Of a DNA stretch of 64,000 nt, positions 40,125 through 48,490 are shown piece by piece (positions within the stretch are counted from its first letter, which is position 1; each line of letters begins with the position of its first letter). Source of the stretch: Candidatus Paceibacter sp. (GTDB lineage Bacteria; Patescibacteriota; Patescibacteriia; S139-126). Both the position numbers and the translations under genes were made by a program. The stretch covers positions 4,094 to 68,093 of the forward strand of contig DYGA01000005.1 in assembly GCA_020724865.1 (NCBI GenBank). Direction: 5' to 3'. The notes under the pieces are model-generated. The model searched no databases. It had not been told where the DNA came from and saw only the letters and a program-made list of their open reading frames with translations.

Positions 40125-40892
40125 ATGAAATATCTTATAGCCAATTGGAAAATGAATTTAACGGCAGCTGATAGTGAGGAACATGTCAAGTTAATTTTAA
40201 AAAATATTATACCCTATTTATCTCGAGTCAATGCAGTTATTTGTCCTTCTTTTCCATCACTAGCAATTGTTTCCGAATTATTGTCAGGTTCGGGTATAGC
40301 TCTGGGTGCCCAGAACTGTTTTTGGGAAGAAAAGGGTAGTTTTACTGGAGAAGTTTCGCCGTTAATGCTTAAAGAGTTTAATGTTGATTATATAATTATT
40401 GGTCATTCAGAAAGAAGGCAACAATTGCACGAGACAGATGAGATGATAAATAAAAAAATGCAAGCTGTATTTAGAGCTGGTTTAACACCTATTTTATGTG
40501 TGGGCGAAACTTTTTCGGAAAGACAGTTGGGTAGAAAAGATTTTGTTATTGCTGGTCAAGTCGAAAGCGCTTTAAAAAATATTCAATTGGTAAATAAAAA
40601 ATTATTGATTGCTTATGAGCCAGTTTGGGTTATTGGAAGCGGACAGGCAGTTAAAATTGAAGAGGCTGAACATGCTGTTAGAGTTATCAAGCAGGTTTTG
40701 ATTGATTTATATCCCAATCTTGATTTGAAAAACGGTGTGGAAATTTTATATGGTGGTAGTGTGGATAGTAAAAATATAAATTATTTTACTTCCTCGCCAT
40801 TACTTGATGGAGTTTTGGTTGGCAGTGCGAGTTTAGATGTTGATGAATTTAGTCAAATGGCAAAAATAATATATGAGAATTTAGCCAAATAA
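40125..40892 (+). CDS. tpiA: Triosephosphate isomerase
   Basis: ANWKMN, GHSERR, AYEPVW, YGGSV. Confidence 0.98.
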   Translation: MKYLIANWKMNLTAADSEEHVKLILKNIIPYLSRVNAVICPSFPSLAIVSELLSGSGIALGAQNCFWEEKGSFTGEVSPLMLKEFNVDYIIIGHSERRQQLHETDEMINKKMQAVFRAGLTPILCVGETFSERQLGRKDFVIAGQVESALKNIQLVNKKLLIAYEPVWVIGSGQAVKIEEAEHAVRVIKQVLIDLYPNLDLKNGVEILYGGSVDSKNINYFTSSPLLDGVLVGSASLDVDEFSQMAKIIYENLAK

Positions 40893-40895
40893 TTT

Positions 40896-41750
40896 ATGTT
40901 GGTCCATATCAAAGATTTAGTTAGTCAGGCAGTCAAACAAAACTATTGTTTAGGGGCGTATAACGTTCATAATCTAGAAACTGCCATAGCGGTGGCTCAA
41001 GCAGCTCAAGATATGAAATCACCGGCCATTATTCAGGTATCAGAAAGCGCGGCAAAATATATGGGTATAAAAACCGTAGTCAATATAGTATCAGCTTTAG
41101 CTGAAGAGGTTGCTAAAGATGTGCCCTTAGCTTTACATTTAGATCATGGCAAAAATATTGATTTTTTATTTAGTTGTATAGCTGCCGGTTTTAAATCAGT
41201 GCATATGGATGGTTCTGAACTATCTTTTGACGAAAATATTGCCATAACTAAACGAGCAGTTGATTTTGCTCACCATCATGACGTTTGGGTGCAGGGTGAG
41301 GTGGGAGCGATATTAGGTGGTCATGGTAGTGAGGGTAAATTAAATCAAGTTGTACCCTTGGCTAATCCTGAAGATGTTTATAAGTTTATTCAAGCGACTG
41401 GAGTTGATACTGTGGCTCCGGCAGTTGGCACTGCTCATGGTAATTTTAAAGACGAGAACATTGATTTTGCATTATTAGCTACTATTAAGAATAAAATTGG
41501 TAATGTACCTTTGGTACTGCATGGTGGCAGTGGTAATGATGACAAAATCTTACAAGCTATAAAATTGGGAGTAAATATTGTCAATATTGGCACGGATATA
41601 AAAGTTGGTTTTACGAAAAGTGTTATTAAGCAGGCAAAATTAAATCCTAAGGAAACTGATCCGCGTAAACTTTTGTCACCGGCGATTGAAGCGGTTAAAG
41701 CTTTGGTAATGGCCAAAATGAAATTGTTTGGCAGTGCCAATAAAGCCTAA
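40896..41750 (+). CDS. fba: Class II fructose-bisphosphate aldolase
   Basis: LHLDHG, GTAHG, LVLHGGSG. Confidence 0.93.
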   Translation: MLVHIKDLVSQAVKQNYCLGAYNVHNLETAIAVAQAAQDMKSPAIIQVSESAAKYMGIKTVVNIVSALAEEVAKDVPLALHLDHGKNIDFLFSCIAAGFKSVHMDGSELSFDENIAITKRAVDFAHHHDVWVQGEVGAILGGHGSEGKLNQVVPLANPEDVYKFIQATGVDTVAPAVGTAHGNFKDENIDFALLATIKNKIGNVPLVLHGGSGNDDKILQAIKLGVNIVNIGTDIKVGFTKSVIKQAKLNPKETDPRKLLSPAIEAVKALVMAKMKLFGSANKA

Positions 41751-41769
41751 GTTGATATCTATTATATAT

Positions 41770-42669
41770 ATGCTTTGGTATGAAATCATTTTTTTAATTA
41801 TAGCGGCTTCTTGCTTTGCCGGTATTGTTTATTTTTTAGTTAAAAAATTTCCTTTGGCTGCCAGAGTTGATATTGCTAATTTGGCGGAAACTAAGCAGCA
41901 AGAAATTAAAAAAAATATGTTAGAGCAACGTTTGCGGCGGTTGCTTTTGGAACGGACAAAAATTTGGCGAACCAAAGTACAAGCTTTATTGAAAGTGTTA
42001 AAAAATATTTTATTGGGCTTATACCATGACTTGTTGGAAAAGGAGAAACAACTTTTAAATAAGCGTCGTCAGTCAAAATCAGCCGCAGTGGTTGGTATGA
42101 ACTCTTTACAACAGCGTTTGAGTGATTTATTAATTGCGGCTCAAGAACATATGAAAAAAGATGAATTTGTTGAAGCAGAAAGAAAATTTTTAGAAATAAT
42201 TTCACTTGATCCAAAAAATATAGATGCTTTTGAAGGATTAGGTGATATCTATGTTGAATTAAAAAAATATAATGAAGCTAAAGAAGTATTTGAATTTTTG
42301 TTAAAATTGAGTAATGCTGAAGCATACTTTCACAATAAATTAGGACAAGTGGCCAGAGCTCAAGGTCATTTACAGGAAGCAGAAGCACAATTTCGTTTGT
42401 CAGTCGAAACAAATAATCAAAATGCAAATTATTTATATAATTTAGCTGAGGTTTTTGTTATGGAAAATGAATATGATCAGGCAGTTGAATATTTTGAAAA
42501 AGCTCTCGCTTTAGAACCAAAAAATCCTAAATATCTTGACGCTTTATTAAATATAAGTATAATTAGAAAAGATAAAGTTAGAGCTGGGCAAATTTTAAAT
42601 GTTTTGAAAGAAGTAAATCCTGAAAATAATAAAATATCAGAATGGCGAGAACAGATCGAGAGTCTTTGA
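41770..42669 (+). CDS. Membrane-anchored TPR protein
   Basis: N-terminal TM, C-terminal TPR repeats. Confidence 0.85.
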   Translation: MLWYEIIFLIIAASCFAGIVYFLVKKFPLAARVDIANLAETKQQEIKKNMLEQRLRRLLLERTKIWRTKVQALLKVLKNILLGLYHDLLEKEKQLLNKRRQSKSAAVVGMNSLQQRLSDLLIAAQEHMKKDEFVEAERKFLEIISLDPKNIDAFEGLGDIYVELKKYNEAKEVFEFLLKLSNAEAYFHNKLGQVARAQGHLQEAEAQFRLSVETNNQNANYLYNLAEVFVMENEYDQAVEYFEKALALEPKNPKYLDALLNISIIRKDKVRAGQILNVLKEVNPENNKISEWREQIESL

Positions 42670-42755
42670 ATTTTTTTATATTTAATTTATATCTTTTGGT
42701 TTCTATTTAAGCCATTGTAACTTTTGTTGATATAGCTGCCCGCCAATCGCCGGGC

Positions 42756-42831
42756 GCCGATGTAGCTCAGTTGGTAGAGCAACTCCATGGTAAGGAGTAG
42801 GTCCGCAGTTCAAATCTGCGCATCGGCTCCA
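42756..42831 (+). tRNA. tRNA-Thr(GGT)
   Basis: GCCGATG/CATCGGC, ACTCC-ATGGTAA-GGAGT, CCA. Confidence 0.97.
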
Positions 42832-42852
42832 GGCGATCGGCAGGCGGACTGA

Positions 42853-42894
42853 CATGGTAAGGAGTAGGACCGCAATTAAAACGTATAGCGACCA
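42853..42894 (+). pseudogene. Decayed copy of tRNA-Thr(GGT) 3' half
   Basis: 26/29 identity of 42853-42881 to 42786-42814; ends in ACCA. Confidence 0.7.
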
Positions 42895-43072
42895 AGTATG
42901 TAAATCGAATATTAAGGTTAGAGGTTATTTGTATATTTATATCGCATAAAAAAGTTTCATAAAAATTTAGTAAAACTGCATTATAGTGCGGTTTTTTTAC
43001 ACTTGAAAAAACACGGCTATTGTGTTATATTGTGATGGCTTATTTAAAATATATAAAATTATTAATTTTATT

Positions 43073-43158
43073 GGGTGGATACCGAAGTGGTCAAACGGGG
43101 CAGACTGTAAATCTGCTGGCTTACGCCTTCGTAGGTTCGATCCCTACTCCACCCACCA
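43073..43158 (+). tRNA. tRNA-Tyr(GTA)
   Basis: GCAGA-CTGTAAA-TCTGC, long variable arm, CCA. Confidence 0.97.
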
Positions 43159-43212
43159 TTTTGCATCATAAGTTAAAATTTAGAGTTTTAAATGATAATA
43201 TATTTTATTTAA

Positions 43213-43287
43213 GCCGAGATAGCTCAATGGTAGAGCAACGGTTTTGTAAACCGTAGGTTGGAGGTTCAAATCCTCTTCTCGGCTCCA
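43213..43287 (+). tRNA. tRNA-Thr(TGT)
   Basis: ACGGT-TTTGTAA-ACCGT, CCA. Confidence 0.97.
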
Positions 43288-43385
43288 TTAAAAATTTTAA
43301 ACAACAATCAAACAAAAAAATCTAAATAGTTTATTTATCTTGATAATTTGTATTTTGAAATTTTTTTAATATTAAATTTTATTTT

Positions 43386-43541
43386 ATGTCACAAGACAAT
43401 TTGATTAAATTAGAGTGCACCGAGTGTCATCATGTTAATTATCATTCACACAAAAATAAAAAAACATTAAAAGCGCGTTTGGAAATTAATAAATATTGCC
43501 GCTGGTGCAAAAAACATCAACTTCATAAAGAAACTAAGTAA
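43386..43541 (+). CDS. rpmG: 50S ribosomal protein L33 (zinc type; not in ORF track)
   Basis: [51 protein letters not shown]. Confidence 0.96.
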   Translation: MSQDNLIKLECTECHHVNYHSHKNKKTLKARLEINKYCRWCKKHQLHKETK

Positions 43542-43548
43542 TTTTTTT

Positions 43549-43977
43549 ATGAAAAAAATTTTTATTTTTCTTTTTGTTTTTTCTTTTCTCAGTCTTACCG
43601 GTTGTTTTTCTTTACAAAAATTAGATCAACAAGTGTTGAAAACAAATCAAGAATTATCAGATAAATTACAACAGGAACACGGTGAAGAAATCCTAAATAA
43701 ACAAGTTGAGTTAAAAGATAAAGCCAAAGCAACTGCCGGCGATGTTGCCGAAAAAACTATTAGTTTTATTGCTAAATCGTTAACTGATAGTGTCAAAAAG
43801 GAAATTGATAATTGGTTGGAAAAAAAAGGTTTGAACCAATATGGCGATCCAGCTGACACTGTTTATGCTGGTGGCAGCCCTTTGTTTGATGAAACTTCGG
43901 GTGAGAGTAAAGACAAATATGAATATATTTTAGAGAAAAATCCGGAGTTGATTGACGAATTAAATTTAAAAAATTAA
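43549..43977 (+). CDS. Putative lipoprotein
   Basis: LTGC lipobox; C-terminal LNQYGDP..TVYAGGSPLFDE segment. Confidence 0.8.
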   Translation: MKKIFIFLFVFSFLSLTGCFSLQKLDQQVLKTNQELSDKLQQEHGEEILNKQVELKDKAKATAGDVAEKTISFIAKSLTDSVKKEIDNWLEKKGLNQYGDPADTVYAGGSPLFDETSGESKDKYEYILEKNPELIDELNLKN

Positions 43978-43988
43978 CTAATTTTGTT

Positions 43989-44064
43989 GGGGGCGTAGTG
44001 TCAATGGCTAGCACAAGGGTCTCCAAAACCTTTAGTCTGGGTTCGAATCCTAGCGCCCCTGCCA
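43989..44064 (+). tRNA. tRNA-Trp(CCA)
   Basis: AGGGT-CTCCAAA-ACCTT, GTTCGAATC, G discriminator, CCA. Confidence 0.96.
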
Positions 44065-44223
44065 AGATTGGTTAATTTTTTTTAATTAAAATAAACCCAT
44101 CATCAATATGATGGGTTTTTATATGATGGTTAAGGATTAGTCAATATTACCGGATTATAAGTGAAATAAGTAATAACCAATCCGGAGTTAAGAATAAAAA
44201 TAAAATATATAAGTTTGTCTGTA

Positions 44224-44664
44224 TTATTTTTTGGACAATAAGTCTATGGATTTAGGTAATCTTTCAGAAGTATAAGCGTTTAAAAAAGCTTCTTTGTCTC
44301 CATATTCTACAAATTGTTCATGATGTTTTGGTTGGATAAATTCATTATCAACACGATGTTTTATGCCACACCAATATTTTTCTGTTTGCGCAGCAATTTC
44401 TCCAGCATAAGCTAACCAACCATTAGCATAGCCACAATATGCACAATTAATTTTTTCAAAAATATTTAGGTAGGCAAGTTTATGTCTATCAATCCGAATA
44501 TATTTTCTCCGGTTAACTAGCGGTATTTCATAAAGAGGAAAACAGGTGTGATGATATACTTCCAAGATTATATCAGCTGCTATTATCCAGATTAAATTAA
44601 TCCAAATAAATGGCGCGGAAATTAAGTGTTTAATATACCTGTCTGGATGTTTTTTTGCTTCCAT
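44224..44664 (-). CDS. Cys-containing hypothetical protein
   Basis: NCAYCGYANG, TEKYWCGIKH; one TM. Confidence 0.75.
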   Translation of the reverse strand: MEAKKHPDRYIKHLISAPFIWINLIWIIAADIILEVYHHTCFPLYEIPLVNRRKYIRIDRHKLAYLNIFEKINCAYCGYANGWLAYAGEIAAQTEKYWCGIKHRVDNEFIQPKHHEQFVEYGDKEAFLNAYTSERLPKSIDLLSKK

Positions 44665-44788
44665 ATATAAATATTATATATTTTAAAATTATTATTTAGT
44701 AAATTAATTTTGTCAAATGATATTGACTTATAATTGGAATCGTATTAACTTAAAATCGCTCTTTTAAAATTTTAAAACTGGAGTCACA

Positions 44789-44925
44789 ATGAAAAAAACA
44801 TTTTTATTGTGGTTATGTTGATAATCGCTTTAGTAATTTTTACTGTTGATTTAGGTCTAGCAAAAGGTTGGGCAGCCATACCTGCTTTTTTTGCCTTAGT
44901 GGCTATGCTTCATCCTAAACGTTAG
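44789..44925 (+). pseudogene. Small two-TM ORF with a frameshift in an A7 tract
   Basis: GGAG SD-ATG; one more A gives a 45-aa membrane peptide; terminator near 44936-44960. Confidence 0.5.
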
Positions 44926-45027
44926 TAAAATTTTTGGGCGGATTTATTTCTGCCCCTTTTATTTGCCAAAAAAAATTTTATATGTTTAAATATCAAGATT
45001 CCATTTCAAAATAAACAGGAGTTAGAT

Positions 45028-45252
45028 ATGAAAAGGTTGTTTTTCGTTCTTTTTTTAATAATATTATTAAACCAAGTTATTATTGGCCAACCGCGATTGG
45101 AAAATACTGATACTAATTTTCAGAATGTTATTGAGATTTTCAAACAAATAGTTGGATGGTTTTTTATAATCCTAATAATAATTTTTGGCATTGGCGCCAC
45201 GGTAATGAATTTAAGTCGTAAAGACAAAAAGGAAAAACAAATAGAGCCATAA
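45028..45252 (+). CDS. Small two-TM protein
   Basis: AGGAG SD, own promoter and terminator. Confidence 0.7.
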   Translation: MKRLFFVLFLIILLNQVIIGQPRLENTDTNFQNVIEIFKQIVGWFFIILIIIFGIGATVMNLSRKDKKEKQIEP

Positions 45253-45290
45253 ATATGGCTCTTTTTTATTTAGTGATTTATAATATTTTT

Positions 45291-45992
45291 ATGTATAAGA
45301 AAATTAGTAATGAATTAAACAGTTTAAAAAATAAAAATAAAGCCCAAATTTTACAACGTTTTTTTAAAACTGAAAAAGGCGAGTATGGCTTTGGTGACAG
45401 ATTTTTGGGTATTGTTGTTCCTAGACAAAGACAAGTGGCCATAAAATATTATGGCAGTGCTACTTTGGTTGATGTTAAAAAATTATTACATAGCCCTTGG
45501 CATGAATATCGTTTGGTGGGATTATTGCTTTTGACTTACAAATTTCCTCACAGCAGTCCCAAAGAAAAAAAACAGATTTTTAGATTTTATTTACAAACTA
45601 TTGATTGTATCAACAATTGGGATTTGGTTGATCTGTCTGCTGATAAAATAGTCGGAGCTTATTTATTTGATCAACCTAATAAAAAAATATTGTATCAATT
45701 GGCAAAAAGCAAAAATGTTTGGTCGCGGCGTATTGCTATAGTGGCCACTTTTTATTTTATTAAACACAATCAATTTAGTGATACTTTACGTCTTGCTAAA
45801 TTATTACTTCATGATGAACACGATTTGATACACAAAGCGGTGGGTTGGATGTTACGTGAAATAGGTAAGCGCGATCAAAAAGTATTAGTTAAGTTTTTAG
45901 ATAAATATTATAAAAAAATGCCTCGGACTATGCTCCGGTACGCCATTGAAAGATTATCCATCAATCACAGGCAGCAATATATGAAAAAATAA
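45291..45992 (+). CDS. DNA alkylation repair protein (AlkD-like)
   Basis: NNWDLVD, KAVGWMLREIGK, RTMLRYAIE. Confidence 0.9.
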   Translation: MYKKISNELNSLKNKNKAQILQRFFKTEKGEYGFGDRFLGIVVPRQRQVAIKYYGSATLVDVKKLLHSPWHEYRLVGLLLLTYKFPHSSPKEKKQIFRFYLQTIDCINNWDLVDLSADKIVGAYLFDQPNKKILYQLAKSKNVWSRRIAIVATFYFIKHNQFSDTLRLAKLLLHDEHDLIHKAVGWMLREIGKRDQKVLVKFLDKYYKKMPRTMLRYAIERLSINHRQQYMKK

Positions 45993-46001
45993 AATAGGGA
46001 T

Positions 46002-46352
46002 TTAAATAATCCCTATTTTTTTAAAAATAAAAAAATAAATTAGCAGCACCGTGATTTGTGCTAGGGCAAAAGAACAAATACCGCTGTGCGGATTGGTATA
46101 TAATTTACCCGCGCTATCGCGCCAACCACGACCAAAATTACTGATTATCAACTCGATAACAGAGTAGATAAATCCCAAAGATAAATAGTAAACAATGGCG
46201 GCTTTCAGACATGACCAAGCGGTCACAAAATATAGCATTAAACAAAAAGTGGTAAATAAAAATCCGGTCCAAAACCAGAATTTATCTAAATGGGATAAAA
46301 AATGTTTTTTTGTTTGTATCATTTGGGCCTCGGTATTAAAGGTTCTTGCCAA
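46002..46352 (-). CDS. Hypothetical membrane protein
   Basis: Three hydrophobic segments; follows SD-led ORF. Confidence 0.55.
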   Translation of the reverse strand: MARTFNTEAQMIQTKKHFLSHLDKFWFWTGFLFTTFCLMLYFVTAWSCLKAAIVYYLSLGFIYSVIELIISNFGRGWRDSAGKLYTNPHSGICSFALAQITVLLIYFFIFKKIGII

Positions 46353-46543
46353 ACTAGTTGGGGGTTTTGATAAGAAAATTTAATTGCTTGATTTTGATCA
46401 CAAATATTTTTCCACATAGTAGTAGCGATTTCTCTGGCTTCATTTTTTTGTTCAATATTGGTCATGCCGGGAATGGGTAAATTATGAATATTTCCCTCAT
46501 TATCAAAGGGATGTTTTTTACTCTTCCATTGTAAGCACCACAT
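46319..46543 (-). CDS. Hypothetical protein
   Basis: AAAGGA SD before ATG 46543; TTGACA-17-TAGACT promoter. Confidence 0.6.
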   Translation of the reverse strand: MWCLQWKSKKHPFDNEGNIHNLPIPGMTNIEQKNEAREIATTMWKNICDQNQAIKFSYQNPQLVWQEPLIPRPK

Positions 46544-46638
46544 TGTGTTTTTTCCTTTCAATTGGTTGTTAAATAACTATTAAATAATTAATAAGTCTAG
46601 TAAATTATTGTGTTTTTGTCAATTATTATTGGTTAGTA

Positions 46639-46780
46639 TTGACAATTTTCAAAAAGTATGCTAATATGATTTGTTATAGTAAATTAATAATTTTAATACT
46701 TTCAAAATTCCATTCATCTTAACCCTCCTTTAAACCTTTCGGTAAAAGCCCATATTTAAAAAATATGGGCTCCTTTCTTT
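46639..46780 (+). ncRNA. Candidate sRNA unit (promoter to terminator) containing anti-SD CCTCCTTT
   Basis: TTGACA-17-TAATAT; terminator AGCCCATATTT/AAATATGGGCT 46747-46771. Confidence 0.4.
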
Positions 46781-46840
46781 TATAATTGAAATAAATTGAC
46801 TTTCAATGTTATACTAAAATAGTAATAATTAACTAAATAT

Positions 46841-47824
46841 ATGGATAATAATTTGAATACTCAAATAAATCAGAGTAAAAGTACTCCCCGGGATGTATTT
46901 TTGCATTTATTGGCAATTGTCCTTTTGTATATCGGTATTTTTAGTTTAATTGCTTTACTCTGGAAATATGTGGATGTGATATTACCTGATCAATTGAAAA
47001 TGTTTTATAGTTATAGCCAAGCTTCAGCGGTAATGAAAAATTCTATAGCTGCTTTATTGGTAGTTTGGCCAGTATTTATTTTTGTTAATTGGTTGATCAA
47101 AAAAAATGAAAATAAAGAAGTAGCTAAACGAGAATTGAAAGTAAAAAAGTGGTTGCTCAATTTGACTCTTTTTATTGCGGCACTGACAATGATTATTGAT
47201 TTGATAATGCTGATTAATAATTTTTTAGATGGCAGTTTAACTCTGAATTTCTTTTTAAAGGTACTGGTGGTGTTGGTGGTAGCGGGGGCAGTGTTTGGTT
47301 ATTATCTTTGGGATTTAAAACAGGATGTTAGTAAAAATTTGCCACTCGCTAAAATTTTTGCTTGGGGTACATCTAGTTTGATTTTAATTGCCATTGTTGC
47401 TGGTTTTTTTATTATGGGGACTCCGGCTGAACAGCGAGCCAAAAGGTTTGATGAACAGAGAATACAAAATTTACAAGTATTACAGTCAGAAATAATTAAT
47501 TATTGGCAAGTAAAAGGTTCTTTACCGCAAAATTTGGACGCTTTGAAAAATAGTGTGACAGGTTTTACACCACCGCTTGATCCGGCCACCAATTTACCTT
47601 ATGAATACAATATCAAAAATGATTTAACCTTTGAGCTGTGTGCAGATTTTGCCAGTGATGGTAATGATATGAAAGTTGGTTATAAAAATATGATGCCCCG
47701 TTTTGACAGTTATGGTTATGAAGCCAACTGGGATCATGGCGTGGGTCGCACTTGTTTTGAACGCACGATTGATCCGGATTTTTATAAAAAAGCCAGCAAT
47801 AATGTACTCGAACCGGTTGATTAA
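46841..47824 (+). CDS. Membrane protein (DUF5671-like) with pilin-like C-terminal domain
   Basis: Five TMs, then R..RFDEQRIQNL and DPATNLPYEY..FELCADF. Confidence 0.7.
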   Translation: MDNNLNTQINQSKSTPRDVFLHLLAIVLLYIGIFSLIALLWKYVDVILPDQLKMFYSYSQASAVMKNSIAALLVVWPVFIFVNWLIKKNENKEVAKRELKVKKWLLNLTLFIAALTMIIDLIMLINNFLDGSLTLNFFLKVLVVLVVAGAVFGYYLWDLKQDVSKNLPLAKIFAWGTSSLILIAIVAGFFIMGTPAEQRAKRFDEQRIQNLQVLQSEIINYWQVKGSLPQNLDALKNSVTGFTPPLDPATNLPYEYNIKNDLTFELCADFASDGNDMKVGYKNMMPRFDSYGYEANWDHGVGRTCFERTIDPDFYKKASNNVLEPVD

Positions 47825-47829
47825 TATTT

Positions 47830-48141
47830 ATGAAAAAACGCCCATTAATTTTTAAAGGTTTTATTCAAGCTTCCTTGGCAGTAATGTATATTGTTTTAGT
47901 GGCTTTGTTTATGAATAACGCCGAACAGATTATTGGCGGTAACAAATCATTTTTGGGGCCAGTTGCCTTTTTGTTGCTATTTGTTTTTTCTGCCGCCACA
48001 GTTGGATCATTGGTTTTGGGTCGGCCTATACTGATGTATCTTGATCAGCACAAAAAAGAAGCCGTATATCTATTTGCTTTTACCTTGAGTTGGTTGTTTG
48101 GTTATACTTTGCTGGCATTGCTGATTTTGTGGTTGATTTAG
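47830..48141 (+). CDS. Hypothetical membrane protein
   Basis: Three TMs, directly after the upstream gene. Confidence 0.75.
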   Translation: MKKRPLIFKGFIQASLAVMYIVLVALFMNNAEQIIGGNKSFLGPVAFLLLFVFSAATVGSLVLGRPILMYLDQHKKEAVYLFAFTLSWLFGYTLLALLILWLI

Positions 48142-48316
48142 AAGTTTATAATTAGTTAAATAAATAAAACCCGACACCAAATCGGGTTTTTTGATTTTAA
48201 TTTAATTTTTTTTATCCTTTATCCTAGTTGCTTAATCCTAATTCTTGACATAATACGTAAAAAGTGTATAATAATATGATTTGTTCAATATAAAATAAAA
48301 TAAAAAAGGAAAAATA

Positions 48317-48424
48317 ATGTTTGAAAGACAACTCGCACCACCAGTAAAATTTTTTTGGTTTATAACTAAAATATCCATAACAGTTTTATTGGGTTTTGTA
48401 ATACTTTCTTACGTATTACATTAA
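48317..48424 (+). CDS. Small membrane peptide (35 aa) in stand-alone cassette
   Basis: MFERQLAPPVKFFWFITKISITVLLGFVILSYVLH; TTGACA-16-TATAAT, AAGGA SD, terminator near 48435-48460. Confidence 0.65.
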   Translation: MFERQLAPPVKFFWFITKISITVLLGFVILSYVLH

Positions 48425-48490
48425 TTTATATATTGCCGCTCGAAATTCGTGCGGCTTTTTTATTTAGTAAATATTTTGTATGATAAGAGT

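Noticed and set aside
43034-43072. Tyr leader peptide upstream of tRNA-Tyr
   Set aside because: Only two scattered Tyr codons, the frame runs into the tRNA and there are no attenuator hairpins.
43020-44065. ORFs 43020-43256 and 43793-44065
   Set aside because: They are translations of tRNA genes.
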